A stretch of 64,000 nucleotides of DNA, taken from a virus. The notes under the pieces are model-generated. The model searched no databases, was not told the origin of the DNA, and saw only the letters and a program-made list of their open reading frames with translations. The stretch lies in the IMG/VR virus record IMGVR_UViG_3300022723_000207, positions 89,185 through 153,184 of that record, one strand, 5' to 3'. Of the stretch, positions 1-9,428 are shown in pieces. The first letter of the stretch is position 1, and every line of letters starts with the position of its first letter. The position numbers were made by a program, and so were the translations under genes.

Positions 1-4
1 AGTC

Positions 5-235
5 ATGTTTAAACTGAGTGTTAGAGAAGACCGTTGCGTAGTTCTGAAAGAGATCTATAACGGAATCTCGTTAGAGACCGAAGAAGGCAACCAGCTAAAT
101 GTTTGCATGAGAGATGATACCTTAGAAATGAATGTATGCCCTAAGGGTGTCGATTCTGGGCACTGGTGGCGCGTCGATATGCAAACTGGACGGATAGAGC
201 CAATGGAGCGGCGGGTTAAACACGGTGGAGCTTAA
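5..235 (+). CDS. hypothetical protein
   Basis: 76-aa ORF, no recognisable motif. Confidence 0.5.
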   Translation: MFKLSVREDRCVVLKEIYNGISLETEEGNQLNVCMRDDTLEMNVCPKGVDSGHWWRVDMQTGRIEPMERRVKHGGA

Positions 236-533
236 TATGGCGTTTCAGTCCACACCAAGGCCACACGGCAGTCGGATATCACCGAGTCAGCTTGATGATC
301 CACCACCAAGGCCGAATAAGTCACCTCCACCGCCGAAGGGGAGCTATCGGGTCATAAAACTGCCAAGTATTCATTTTTGAGTGGTCTGCAATTTGCCGTC
401 TATAGGAGTATAAAACCGAGTTTATTGCTCTGGATTGTCTTGGGCGGCAAGCATATGATTGGTTGTTTGTACTAATCAATATGGATGGCTTGGTGCTTAA
501 TTTTAGTGAGTCTGACGATCACGCTGAAGGCCA

Positions 534-962
534 ATGGCTAATGACATGCGCTTAGAAAATGTTGATTTTGAGTTGATAGTAGATAATGTGAAAGTGCGCA
601 AAGACAAAATTGTAAAGGCAGAACTATTGGTATGTTTAATGAATTTTGGATATGTTAAAAATGATGCAGATTTTGGTGAGATATTTGATGTTTTAAACTT
701 CTTATTAACAACTGATATTGTAGATCATCATCCTAAGCCATGGTTAGTTAAGGTCATGGATTGGTATTTGTGTCATTTTTGTTTTTATCGTCGTTGGCGT
801 GGTGGAGTTTGGAAAAAATGGTGGATAGACTCTCCGGTAGCTTCTAGCATATGGTTCCACAATGAATTAGGTCAACCAGGGCTGGCCAGGGGTACGCCAT
901 TTATCGAAATTTATGGCATTAGCTGTGAAGCTTTGGATGAGTTAGAAAAATATTATTTGTGA
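534..962 (+). CDS. hypothetical protein
   Basis: 142-aa ORF. Confidence 0.5.
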   Translation: MANDMRLENVDFELIVDNVKVRKDKIVKAELLVCLMNFGYVKNDADFGEIFDVLNFLLTTDIVDHHPKPWLVKVMDWYLCHFCFYRRWRGGVWKKWWIDSPVASSIWFHNELGQPGLARGTPFIEIYGISCEALDELEKYYL

Positions 963-1250
963 TAAAGGCATTAGCCCATAATAGTTGGCATTGCAGTTTC
1001 GGCCCGAAAATTGACAACTCATCTGAAGCTCCAAAGTAGATAATGGTGCCGATATAAGGCATACATATCCACTATAAGGAGCCAGATATGATTCGCGTAG
1101 AAGATCTTCAAGATCTTGATTCCCTTGGCCTATATGAACAGATGGGAATCAACACTAAGAAGTACGATCTTGAAAAATCATTTAGGTAGTAGATTTTATC
1201 CGCGCTATTAATAATGCATACGATCGTGCTATAAAAGCGCGGAGAAGTAT

Positions 1251-2153
1251 ATGCCTAGCGTCTTTGATCAATTGCGAGAGCGTGGTATCATTAAAGATTA
1301 TCCTCGTTTTCTTAAGAGTAATGTCCATTATGAAACGATCATGGGCTCCATAGCCTATGGTGTGAGTGGTGATTCTAGTGATTTTGATGTGTATGGTTTT
1401 GCTATTCCACCAAAGAACATTCTATTTCCCCATTTGGATGGCTATATTCCAGGGTTTGGCGCTCAACCGCCAAAATTTGATCAATTTCAAAAACACCATT
1501 TAATGGATAAAGATGCTGAGGGAGGCAAAGGCCGTGAATACGATCTAAATATCTATAATATTGTGAAGTATTTCGATTTATGCATGGGCTGTAATCCCAA
1601 TATGATCGATAGTTTGTTCACGCCTCGACGTTGTGTTTTGCATTCGACTCATATTGGTGAGTTGGTCAGGGACAATCGTAAATTGTTTTTATCAAAGCTG
1701 TGCTGGCACAAATTCAAGGGCTACGCTTACAGCCAAATGCAGAAAATGAAGAGCCAGACTCGTATTGGCAAGCGGGCAGAAGTAGTCCAGGAGTACGGCT
1801 ATGATCTCAAATTCGCTTATCATATGGTTCGATTAATGCATGAAGTAGAACAAATTTTAGAAGAGAACGATTTAGACTTAGAGCGAAATCGCGAACAATT
1901 AAAGTCTATTAGACGTGGTGAGTGGACGTTAGAAGAAGTCGAAAATTACTTTGCTGTTAAGGAAGAAGTTCTAGAGCAAGCTTATGCAAAATCGGATTTG
2001 CCGCACAAACCACGTGAGGCAGAGATCAAGGATTTGCTGGTTCATTGTCTAGAGTCTACATTAGATGGCGTGGATAAGGCGATTAATATTCCTGACCAAG
2101 CCATTAGGGCTCTGAAAGAAATACAAGTTATATGTGACAAAGCTATTAAATAG
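1251..2153 (+). CDS. Pol-beta superfamily nucleotidyltransferase (RlaP/YcgL-like)
   Basis: GSIAYG...SDFDVYG NTase motif, NPNMIDSLF, GYDLKFAYHMVRL, LKSIRRGE; SD GGAG upstream. Confidence 0.85.
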   Translation: MPSVFDQLRERGIIKDYPRFLKSNVHYETIMGSIAYGVSGDSSDFDVYGFAIPPKNILFPHLDGYIPGFGAQPPKFDQFQKHHLMDKDAEGGKGREYDLNIYNIVKYFDLCMGCNPNMIDSLFTPRRCVLHSTHIGELVRDNRKLFLSKLCWHKFKGYAYSQMQKMKSQTRIGKRAEVVQEYGYDLKFAYHMVRLMHEVEQILEENDLDLERNREQLKSIRRGEWTLEEVENYFAVKEEVLEQAYAKSDLPHKPREAEIKDLLVHCLESTLDGVDKAINIPDQAIRALKEIQVICDKAIK

Positions 2154-2221
2154 ATATAGCGCTTTATAGTCTATAGTAAAATAGGGATTTATTTATTTTA
2201 AGTTAAATATATAAATCAGAT

Positions 2222-2500
2222 ATGAGTAAGAAGCGTTACATCTGTGCTGGGCCACGAGCAAATGAGCCTGATGCTAATGGTATAATCTATCCGAAGGAAG
2301 TTTTGCAAAAAGCTATCGAAGAAGCGCAATATAGAGTTAAGGAAGGCAAAATGCTGGCCCATTGTGGGTCAGGCTGTGGGTCAGGCTGTGGGTCAGGCTA
2401 TGAGGTAGAGTTAGACAAGATTGTTGGAATAGTGCGCAGCTTAGACTTAGAAGATGATAGAGTGATTATAGAAGTAGAAAGTTTGGACAACCAGGAATAA
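2222..2500 (+). CDS. short degenerate homolog of T4 gp21-type prohead protease N-terminus
   Basis: DANGIIYPKEVLQKAI resembles the gp21 NxNGRxYPxEVL motif; only 92 aa. Confidence 0.5.
   Translation: MSKKRYICAGPRANEPDANGIIYPKEVLQKAIEEAQYRVKEGKMLAHCGSGCGSGCGSGYEVELDKIVGIVRSLDLEDDRVIIEVESLDNQE
2363..2398 (+). repeat. 12-bp tandem repeat x3 (TGTGGGTCAGGC) encoding CGSG x3
   Basis: three exact copies in the sequence. Confidence 0.95.
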
Positions 2501-2757
2501 TGTCAGCAGAAGATTATTTTGCAGCTGATGGATACGATATCAGCTTGGAAGAAGAATTCGAAATCCAGGCCGGTGAAGATAGGATGGCTGGGCTGGGATG
2601 GCAGAAGCGTAATGTTGATATGACTGCCTGTGCTAATGGCTTTGGGATCGTGCATAATGCTAGAGTTGTGGCATCTGGAAATAATTGGCGAGCGGTGGTT
2701 GTAAAAGCCAAAGAGCTGGCTAAGAAGTACGGATTTGTTGATGTCATCAGAAGATGA
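2500..2757 (+). CDS. hypothetical protein
   Basis: TAATG overlap with upstream gene, AGGA SD. Confidence 0.6.
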   Translation: MSAEDYFAADGYDISLEEEFEIQAGEDRMAGLGWQKRNVDMTACANGFGIVHNARVVASGNNWRAVVVKAKELAKKYGFVDVIRR

Positions 2758-3373
2758 CACATATCGCCAATGATGGGCTTCCTGCCCACAAAAACGCTGA
2801 TCCTGACTGCAAGATTTGCGATGGCATGGAGTTGCACTAAAGGAAGTTCGACATGATATCAAAGAACTTAGATGGTACATTGAAGGCAAGTGATGGTTAG
2901 AATTAGCGACTATCACTGGACTGAATTAGAAGATTGGTTTTAGAAACAGATAGGAAACGTAGCTCAAAATTAACATGGAGAAACAAAATGACAAAAATCA
3001 TAAATGTTAAAAAAGAAGCTAAAGCTAAAAGCTAAAGCTAAAAAAGTTGAAGCAATAAAAAAGGTCAGAGAAGCCAAAGCGGAAGCTGCGACCAACGCAG
3101 TAATAGAAAAGTCCATTAGTAAAAGAATATTTATTTTGTCATTATTAGCGACTGTTTCTGCTATGGTTGCATATCTTTATTTTGCGGGGATGTAATTTAA
3201 AGGCTCAATTGTTTTCATGGTTAGCTCAGCTGTACCAATAGGATGGCACTTGAATGTGGTGGGATAGGATTGGCAGTAGTATGTTTGTGAAGCTGGCTTA
3301 ATGTGGGATAAGTATTGTGATGGTAATCCTCATAAGTGCAAAAAAGCAGAACTAAAGTTTAAGGATAGGCCCC

Positions 3374-3628
3374 ATGGTTGAAAAGAAGCCCAAAAGTGAA
3401 ATTTTAAAAGAAGTCCTAGATCAGAATGGGCTTAAAACTTCCATGACTTTCACTAGAAAAGCTGTATATGAAGCGATGCAGACATATGCCAATCAAGAAA
3501 TAGCGGCCATTGAAGTTGAGCTGGATGCTGCCACTAAAGTTCTAGATATTATTATAAACTCTGAAACAGCGGAAGATCTCATTGCAATGAGGGATGCCCT
3601 TAGATTGGAAGTAAAAGATGACGATTAG
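3374..3628 (+). CDS. hypothetical protein
   Basis: 84-aa ORF in the gene run. Confidence 0.55.
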   Translation: MVEKKPKSEILKEVLDQNGLKTSMTFTRKAVYEAMQTYANQEIAAIEVELDAATKVLDIIINSETAEDLIAMRDALRLEVKDDD

Positions 3629-3644
3629 CGGAATATAAAGATAT

Positions 3645-4166
3645 ATGGATAAAGATTCAACATTTTTAGTAATTGATGTAGAATCAGTCGGTTTACATGG
3701 TACTGCATTTGCAGTAGCTGGCATGTTGCTAAATTGGGAAGGTGTTGGATGGACTTTCACTTATGCCTGCCACCCAGACAAAGCTTCTGGCGCAGATTCT
3801 GATCGCAAGTGGGTCATGGAAAATGTGCCGAAGTTGGATTATAATTGTGATAATCCTCGCGAAGTTCGTGATTTATTTTGGGATATGTGGATTGATACTA
3901 AAAAGAAATACCAAAACGTGATCATGGCGGCGGAATGCTCATGGCCAGTTGAAGCTAGATTTTTAAACAGTTGCATTGATGATGATAAAGAGTTACGGAA
4001 TTGGCTTGGTCCCTACCCGTTGCATGATATTTCTTCTATTATGCTGGCTGTTGGCATGGATCCAATGAATAATTATCGGCGTTTAAAGGACGAAAAACCA
4101 GAGCACCATCCGCTGTCTGATGTCAAATTATCGGCTAGACTTTTGCGGGAAGCATTCGATGGATAA
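3645..4166 (+). CDS. DEDDh 3'-5' exonuclease (Rv2179c-like)
   Basis: IDVES ExoI motif; C-terminal EHHPLSDV ExoIII motif. Confidence 0.75.
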   Translation: MDKDSTFLVIDVESVGLHGTAFAVAGMLLNWEGVGWTFTYACHPDKASGADSDRKWVMENVPKLDYNCDNPREVRDLFWDMWIDTKKKYQNVIMAAECSWPVEARFLNSCIDDDKELRNWLGPYPLHDISSIMLAVGMDPMNNYRRLKDEKPEHHPLSDVKLSARLLREAFDG

Positions 4167-4440
4167 GAGGATATTCGAAGTAAAAGTAAAATCTGAAGAA
4201 TTTCGTGATGCCATTATACAGTCTTTAACATTATGCCGATTTCATTTTATTGAGCCGTGCGACTTTGTTGTTGGCGATAAGTTTGTGACTATTGACGACA
4301 ATTGCAATATCAATATTTATGATGCAATATCAGCTTGTGGTGATGTGATTAGTCTTAATGTTGATTCATTGTTAATTGTTGGGATGGTTGACTCCGTTAA
4401 TAGTTTTTATAAAGCACCTGACTATTTTATTAAAATGTGA
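4159..4440 (+). CDS. hypothetical protein
   Basis: ORF 4120-4440; likely start MDKRIF overlapping the upstream stop. Confidence 0.5.
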   Translation: MDKRIFEVKVKSEEFRDAIIQSLTLCRFHFIEPCDFVVGDKFVTIDDNCNINIYDAISACGDVISLNVDSLLIVGMVDSVNSFYKAPDYFIKM

Positions 4441-4513
4441 CTAACTTACATATATCAGAGGGATGGTATATATGACACGTTAGTTGGGCTAAACATTGTG
4501 AAGGAACAAATAC

Positions 4514-5299
4514 GTGGCTGATCGAGTTGCTAAATTTGATAGGCTTGTTTTCCCAATAATTAAAAATATGCCGTCATTTGGTAAGTTTGTTGATGGTGAT
4601 TTTTCTGGTGTTGATTTTGAAGCTTTCCAAACTGATCGAGAATTCAATAAAGACGATTATCGTGTGTGGTTTCAAGAAATATGTGATAGCCAGGGCATTG
4701 AAAATCAGCATCGTTTTGCTGTGGCGACTATATTGAAAGAACTAGAGATTTTGTTATACACCCCAGAGGACGTTGCTGGTAGTGGCATCATCAACGATCT
4801 AGTTGGTGTTCAACCTATAATGGCACCAACAGAGTTAAGGTATAGGTATACAATGACTATTAATTTTTATCATCCTGATGAGAAATATGGCTGTTTCTCT
4901 AATTTTTCTAGGCATGAAGTTGATCTGGGCGGTTATGTTTGGCCAACTAGTGAACATTATTATCAAGCGCAAAAATTTGAGGATCATGATATTCAAAAAA
5001 GAGTGCGTAATTGCAAAGGGCCTGGCGCAGCACGAGGGATGGGGCGTGATCGATCATTACCGCTTAAGAAAAATTGGGAACAGATTAAAGACGATGTGAT
5101 GTATAAGGTGGTGCTTGCTAAATTCACGCAGCATAGGCATATTAAAGAAATCCTACTGGGTACTGGTCATAATCATTTAGTTGAGAAATCACCAATCGAT
5201 TATTATTGGGGGTCTGGAGCAGATGGAACTGGCCAGAACAAGCTTGGTAGGACACTTATGAAAGTAAGAGAATATTTATCTAATAGTCGTTTCCTTTAG
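4514..5299 (+). CDS. NADAR (YbiA-like) domain protein with N-terminal gp23 capsid-like fragment; NADAR alone may start at ATG 4853
   Basis: FSNFS, WPTSEHYYQAQKF, LAKFTQH, LVEKSPIDYYWG, GQNKLGRTLMKVR are NADAR hallmarks; N-terminal DLVGVQPIMAPT resembles gp23. Confidence 0.88.
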   Translation: MADRVAKFDRLVFPIIKNMPSFGKFVDGDFSGVDFEAFQTDREFNKDDYRVWFQEICDSQGIENQHRFAVATILKELEILLYTPEDVAGSGIINDLVGVQPIMAPTELRYRYTMTINFYHPDEKYGCFSNFSRHEVDLGGYVWPTSEHYYQAQKFEDHDIQKRVRNCKGPGAARGMGRDRSLPLKKNWEQIKDDVMYKVVLAKFTQHRHIKEILLGTGHNHLVEKSPIDYYWGSGADGTGQNKLGRTLMKVREYLSNSRFL

Positions 5300-5398
5300 A
5301 AACTGTCCGTGACGCATTCGTGCGTATCGGCAGTCCAAAAGCTGCACACTTGTTGTGTTGGGATGATATCATGAGCATCTACTATCAAGAGGTCGGTC

Positions 5399-6031
5399 AT
5401 GAATGAAAGATTTAAAGAATGGGCAACCAGCATATTAATGGATTCTGGGATAGTGCCATGTAAATTGGATGACACCTTAAGCGGCCTGTTAGCATATTAT
5501 AATAATGGCAGGTATTATCATAATCCTGCTCACATCCTCTACATGTTGGATCGCATGGAAGAAGCTGGTTGGACCAGCACTAATCTTTCTTTTGCGATTT
5601 TATTTCATGATGTGTACTATGCGCTTGGGGTTGGGCGTGGTGTTAATGAAAGAATTAGCGCCGATATAGCCCTACGATCTTTAGAAGATTGCCTTTATAT
5701 CTTTCGTGATTGTGCTGCTATTGAAAGAATGATTATGGCAACTGCAGATTTTATGGATTCAATTCACACAGATACAAACTGCCAGAAGATTTGTGATCTA
5801 GATCTTTCTTCATTAGCTCGTGAACCTTATGAAGATTTTGTTTATCAACAGAGAGAAATTTTGATGGAGAACGGTTTAGGAGTTGAGCATCTTCATAAAT
5901 CCGCGTATTTTTTAAACACGCTATTAGAAAAACGAGGTGATGATTTGTTTTATACTGATTACGGTAAAAAGCACTGGCTAGATAAGGCAAAAGATAATAT
6001 CCAAAGGTTAGAAAGTGATTATGGTTCATGA
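5399..6031 (+). CDS. HD-superfamily metal-dependent phosphohydrolase
   Basis: RYYHNPAHI, ILFHDVYY, NERISA, DLDLSSL motifs. Confidence 0.8.
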   Translation: MNERFKEWATSILMDSGIVPCKLDDTLSGLLAYYNNGRYYHNPAHILYMLDRMEEAGWTSTNLSFAILFHDVYYALGVGRGVNERISADIALRSLEDCLYIFRDCAAIERMIMATADFMDSIHTDTNCQKICDLDLSSLAREPYEDFVYQQREILMENGLGVEHLHKSAYFLNTLLEKRGDDLFYTDYGKKHWLDKAKDNIQRLESDYGS

Positions 6032-6902
6032 TTGCTGCTATTTTGTTAAAAATAATATGATTACACAAATAGCGGTTGCTGACTCTTATGGTGCAGCTTA
6101 TGAGTTTGCTCCTAAGCCACCGCTTAATGATTTAAAATTTCATAAGCATCCTAATCGAAAAGACGATTTAGTGGAAGGTGAGTATACTGATGATACTCAG
6201 ATGACGCTGGCGATCATGCGCCATATGATTAGTGATAAGCCTTGGAATCAATATTGGATCGCTTGGCATTTTTTGGATGAATACCGCAATTATAGTATTG
6301 ATGGGTATGCTAGAAGATTTCAAAAGTTTTTAGATGATTGCCGATCTATTAATGATTTTGTGTCTAAGATATCTCCTAAATCCAAGAGAAATGGTAGCGT
6401 AATGCGCTCTGTTCCAATTGGGGTGTTACCCACGCCTGAGGATGTTGTTAATTATTCTTATATTCAGTCATCAGTTACTCATGCCACCCCATCAAGTTGT
6501 ATTAGTTCAGCGTCAGTTGCTTTAGCGTCTCACTACTACTATCATGATCTAGGTCCTAAATCTAAGGTTTCTGAATATCTAAAAGGAATCCTGGGATTTT
6601 CACTTAAGCGAGTGGACACTAAAGTAGCTTGTGATGCTGTGGAGACGGCCCACGCTGCTCTTTGGATATCCAAAAGCACCGATGATTTAGACTTAGCTAT
6701 GAAAAAGGCGGTAGATCTAGGGGGTGATACCGATTCGGTAGCAGCGGTTGCTTGTGGATTAATATCTATGAGACCCGGTTTGAATGATGAAATGGAATTA
6801 ACTAGCCTTTTGTCAGATAGAAATAGGCGGTCAGTATCTTCAATGGTTGAATTAGAAAAAGAGCTATTTCAAAAATACGGTAGGGCTGCAACAAATAACT
6901 GA
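6015..6902 (+). CDS. ADP-ribosylglycohydrolase (DraG/ARH family)
   Basis: ADSYGAAYEF, YTDDTQMTLA, NGSVMR, VTH, GGDTDSVAAV; true start may be near 6057. Confidence 0.92.
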   Translation: MIMVHDCCYFVKNNMITQIAVADSYGAAYEFAPKPPLNDLKFHKHPNRKDDLVEGEYTDDTQMTLAIMRHMISDKPWNQYWIAWHFLDEYRNYSIDGYARRFQKFLDDCRSINDFVSKISPKSKRNGSVMRSVPIGVLPTPEDVVNYSYIQSSVTHATPSSCISSASVALASHYYYHDLGPKSKVSEYLKGILGFSLKRVDTKVACDAVETAHAALWISKSTDDLDLAMKKAVDLGGDTDSVAAVACGLISMRPGLNDEMELTSLLSDRNRRSVSSMVELEKELFQKYGRAATNN

Positions 6903-7213
6903 TGTACGACGACCAGCGTTATCAGAAGCCTAGCGACATCAACCATTTGGTGATGTATGTTGATGGTAGTGATGGAGTTAGGTACTACTTGTGCTACGAC
7001 AACAACGAAAATGTTGTGGTTCGTGGTGGCAACAGTAAGTTCATGGCTACCCTGGAGTATGCTGCGGCTAATGGCCTCTTGCATGCCATGACTGATGATA
7101 GCAAGATTCTGGACCACCAAATGGCTCGTGACGCCTGGATTAAGTTCCGTAGTTATTGTGGCATGTCTGAGGATATTCCTTCAGACAAATATACCACATG
7201 GCTAGAATCTTAA
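6902..7213 (+). CDS. hypothetical protein
   Basis: TGATG coupling to the ARH gene. Confidence 0.6.
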   Translation: MYDDQRYQKPSDINHLVMYVDGSDGVRYYLCYDNNENVVVRGGNSKFMATLEYAAANGLLHAMTDDSKILDHQMARDAWIKFRSYCGMSEDIPSDKYTTWLES

Positions 7214-7962
7214 GATACTTATTGTCAGAAGACTTGGCGAGTGATGCCGAGGACTTAGCTGACAAATTGCGTAAAGCATTTGGCGTATCCTACAAAGAGA
7301 TACGCCAAATGTATAAAGATGCAGGCCAGAAGACTGAGCCGTTCTATCAGATGCTGTCTCAGAAGGCAGCCGAATTAGAAGCTCAAGTTGATGATTCTGA
7401 CGGTATTGGTGATGAAATGCCGTCGTTTAAGGTTGCTAATAAAGACACAGAGCAGCTAGATCCGAGCATGGCAGCCGAGCCTGCTGATAATCAATTTAAA
7501 GATGAAGGTGTCATTGATGTATTGAAATATCTTTCCAATTTATGGCGTAGTAGAGATCGCGTCAGGGTTATTGCGGCAAGGCTTGGCATTGACCCTGATA
7601 TTTATGCGGCTGCTGGGCTTGGCAACATCCCAGACGATTATGATGATGAAGATATCTGGAACACTATGGACCAAAGTAATCATGGTCAGGTAGAATTTTA
7701 TCAGTCGAAGTGGCAGCCTTATTATATTGATACCATGGAACGTTTAAAAGAGCTTCCAGATGATATAAAACAAGAGATTTCTGATATTGTTCAGAAAAGT
7801 AAAGAGCATAAGAGGGATGTCTCTTTCCCGGTCCGCTCTGATCGTCCTTATGATGACGAAGGGCAGGCTTTTGAGGGCAGGTTACTAAATGATTTAGTGA
7901 TTGAGGAAGAGAACTCAATTACGGTACTCTCTAAGGGTAGTTCTGTTTTCAAAGTAATTTAG
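7198..7962 (+). CDS. acidic hypothetical protein, possible internal head protein
   Basis: AAATATA-N4-ATG upstream; N-terminal LLSE motif. Confidence 0.6.
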   Translation: MARILRYLLSEDLASDAEDLADKLRKAFGVSYKEIRQMYKDAGQKTEPFYQMLSQKAAELEAQVDDSDGIGDEMPSFKVANKDTEQLDPSMAAEPADNQFKDEGVIDVLKYLSNLWRSRDRVRVIAARLGIDPDIYAAAGLGNIPDDYDDEDIWNTMDQSNHGQVEFYQSKWQPYYIDTMERLKELPDDIKQEISDIVQKSKEHKRDVSFPVRSDRPYDDEGQAFEGRLLNDLVIEEENSITVLSKGSSVFKVI

Positions 7963-7976
7963 CGTATTTAAGGTCT

Positions 7977-8543
7977 ATGATTTTCTTGGACCTAGATGGT
8001 GTATGCTGCGATTTTGTCGGGCATGTTCTTAACATGTGTGGCAAGACTGAGCAGGATTTATTAGATGAAATGGCTAAGGATGAATCAATGCATCCTTATG
8101 ACGCGCTAGAGCAGACTGTGGGCCGCAGCAAGAATTCCTTTTGGTCTTGGATTGAGATAATGGGTGAAGAGTTTTGGCACACCATGCCGCCATTCTGGTG
8201 GTTTAACGATTTATATGATGGGTTAAATGAAGTATGCGATGTTCATTTTTTGACATCTGCCCCAAGGATGCCATCAGCATATGCTGGTAAGGCGTTATGG
8301 GTTGAGCGCAATGCTGGCAAAGAGGCTGTCAGTAAGTTGATTATATGTCCAGCCCATACCAAGCATGCTTTGGCTGGTCCTAATAGAATTTTGGTAGATG
8401 ACACTGAGAGAAATATTATAGAGTGGCGGGCTACTGGCCATCAGTGTTTTTATTTTCCATCTCTTCAATTTCACAAAAGGCATCCCACTAGGGATGACAT
8501 TAAAGAAGCCATTTCGTTAGCAAAGGATGCAGTTCATGGATAA
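7977..8543 (+). CDS. HAD-family 5'(3')-deoxyribonucleotidase
   Basis: IFLDLDGVCCDF, FLTS, GKALW, ILVDD motifs. Confidence 0.88.
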   Translation: MIFLDLDGVCCDFVGHVLNMCGKTEQDLLDEMAKDESMHPYDALEQTVGRSKNSFWSWIEIMGEEFWHTMPPFWWFNDLYDGLNEVCDVHFLTSAPRMPSAYAGKALWVERNAGKEAVSKLIICPAHTKHALAGPNRILVDDTERNIIEWRATGHQCFYFPSLQFHKRHPTRDDIKEAISLAKDAVHG

Positions 8544-8868
8544 CTGGATTAAGGGATATAACGAGGTAGCTGATGGTGTGCACGAGACTGCCGTCGAAAA
8601 GGGTTGGTGGAATAAAGAGCGGAATGATGCTGAAGCTCTGATGTTGATGGTCACTGAACTGGCGGAAGCATGCGAAGCTATGAGGCATGGAAATCCGCCT
8701 GATGATAAAATTCCTCAGTTTAGTGGGGTAGAAGCTGAGTTGGCTGATACCATTATTAGGATTATGGACTTCGGCAAGGGTCGCAATTATGATATCGCTG
8801 GTGCTTTAGTCGCTAAGGTAGAATATAACAAGCTGCGGGAGAAGATGCATGGAGGGAAAAAGTTTTAA
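8527..8868 (+). CDS. MazG-like NTP pyrophosphohydrolase
   Basis: LMVTELAEACEAMR...EAELADTIIRIMD; C-terminal HGGKKF. Confidence 0.85.
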   Translation: MQFMDNWIKGYNEVADGVHETAVEKGWWNKERNDAEALMLMVTELAEACEAMRHGNPPDDKIPQFSGVEAELADTIIRIMDFGKGRNYDIAGALVAKVEYNKLREKMHGGKKF

Positions 8869-9100
8869 AGATGAAAAAGTTCGCGTAGCGATATTGAGAA
8901 TTAACAATAGATATTTTCGTAAAGTCATGGCGCATCCTGATGGTGCGATAGTTCATTTTGGTGATTGTAAATTCTATTCTACAAGCGGCGTATGCACCTG
9001 TGGTCTAATTCATGATTTGATGTATTTGGGTCGTGATATAGCAAAATCGATTTATGAAAAATATGATGAAGATTTATACTTCCACGAGAGAAACTTAGAT

Positions 9101-9373
9101 CTAATGTGATCTAGAAGGGGCATCAATTCTATCGAATGCAATCATATGTTCCCAAAAGCCACCTTTTAAATATGCTTCAATAGTTTTATCGTCGTTATAG
9201 CGGTAGATTTGATCGTGCTCTTGTGATAAAGCGTATTCTACTTGCCTAGCATTTAGATCTTTGTTGATTTTAGTGATTGTTTGTCTGCCGCCACTTTTGC
9301 GTACATGTCCACTACTCTTTTTGTAGTATATTATTTTGGGCCACTTAGGCTTGGTTGCCTTATCCAGCTCCAT
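9101..9373 (-). CDS. hypothetical protein
   Basis: AAATATA-N4-ATG upstream on the minus strand. Confidence 0.55.
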   Translation of the reverse strand: MELDKATKPKWPKIIYYKKSSGHVRKSGGRQTITKINKDLNARQVEYALSQEHDQIYRYNDDKTIEAYLKGGFWEHMIAFDRIDAPSRSH

Positions 9374-9428
9374 ATTTTATATTTGAGAGGGTGGCATTAG
9401 ATAAGTAATGATAATAAATATCAATGAA

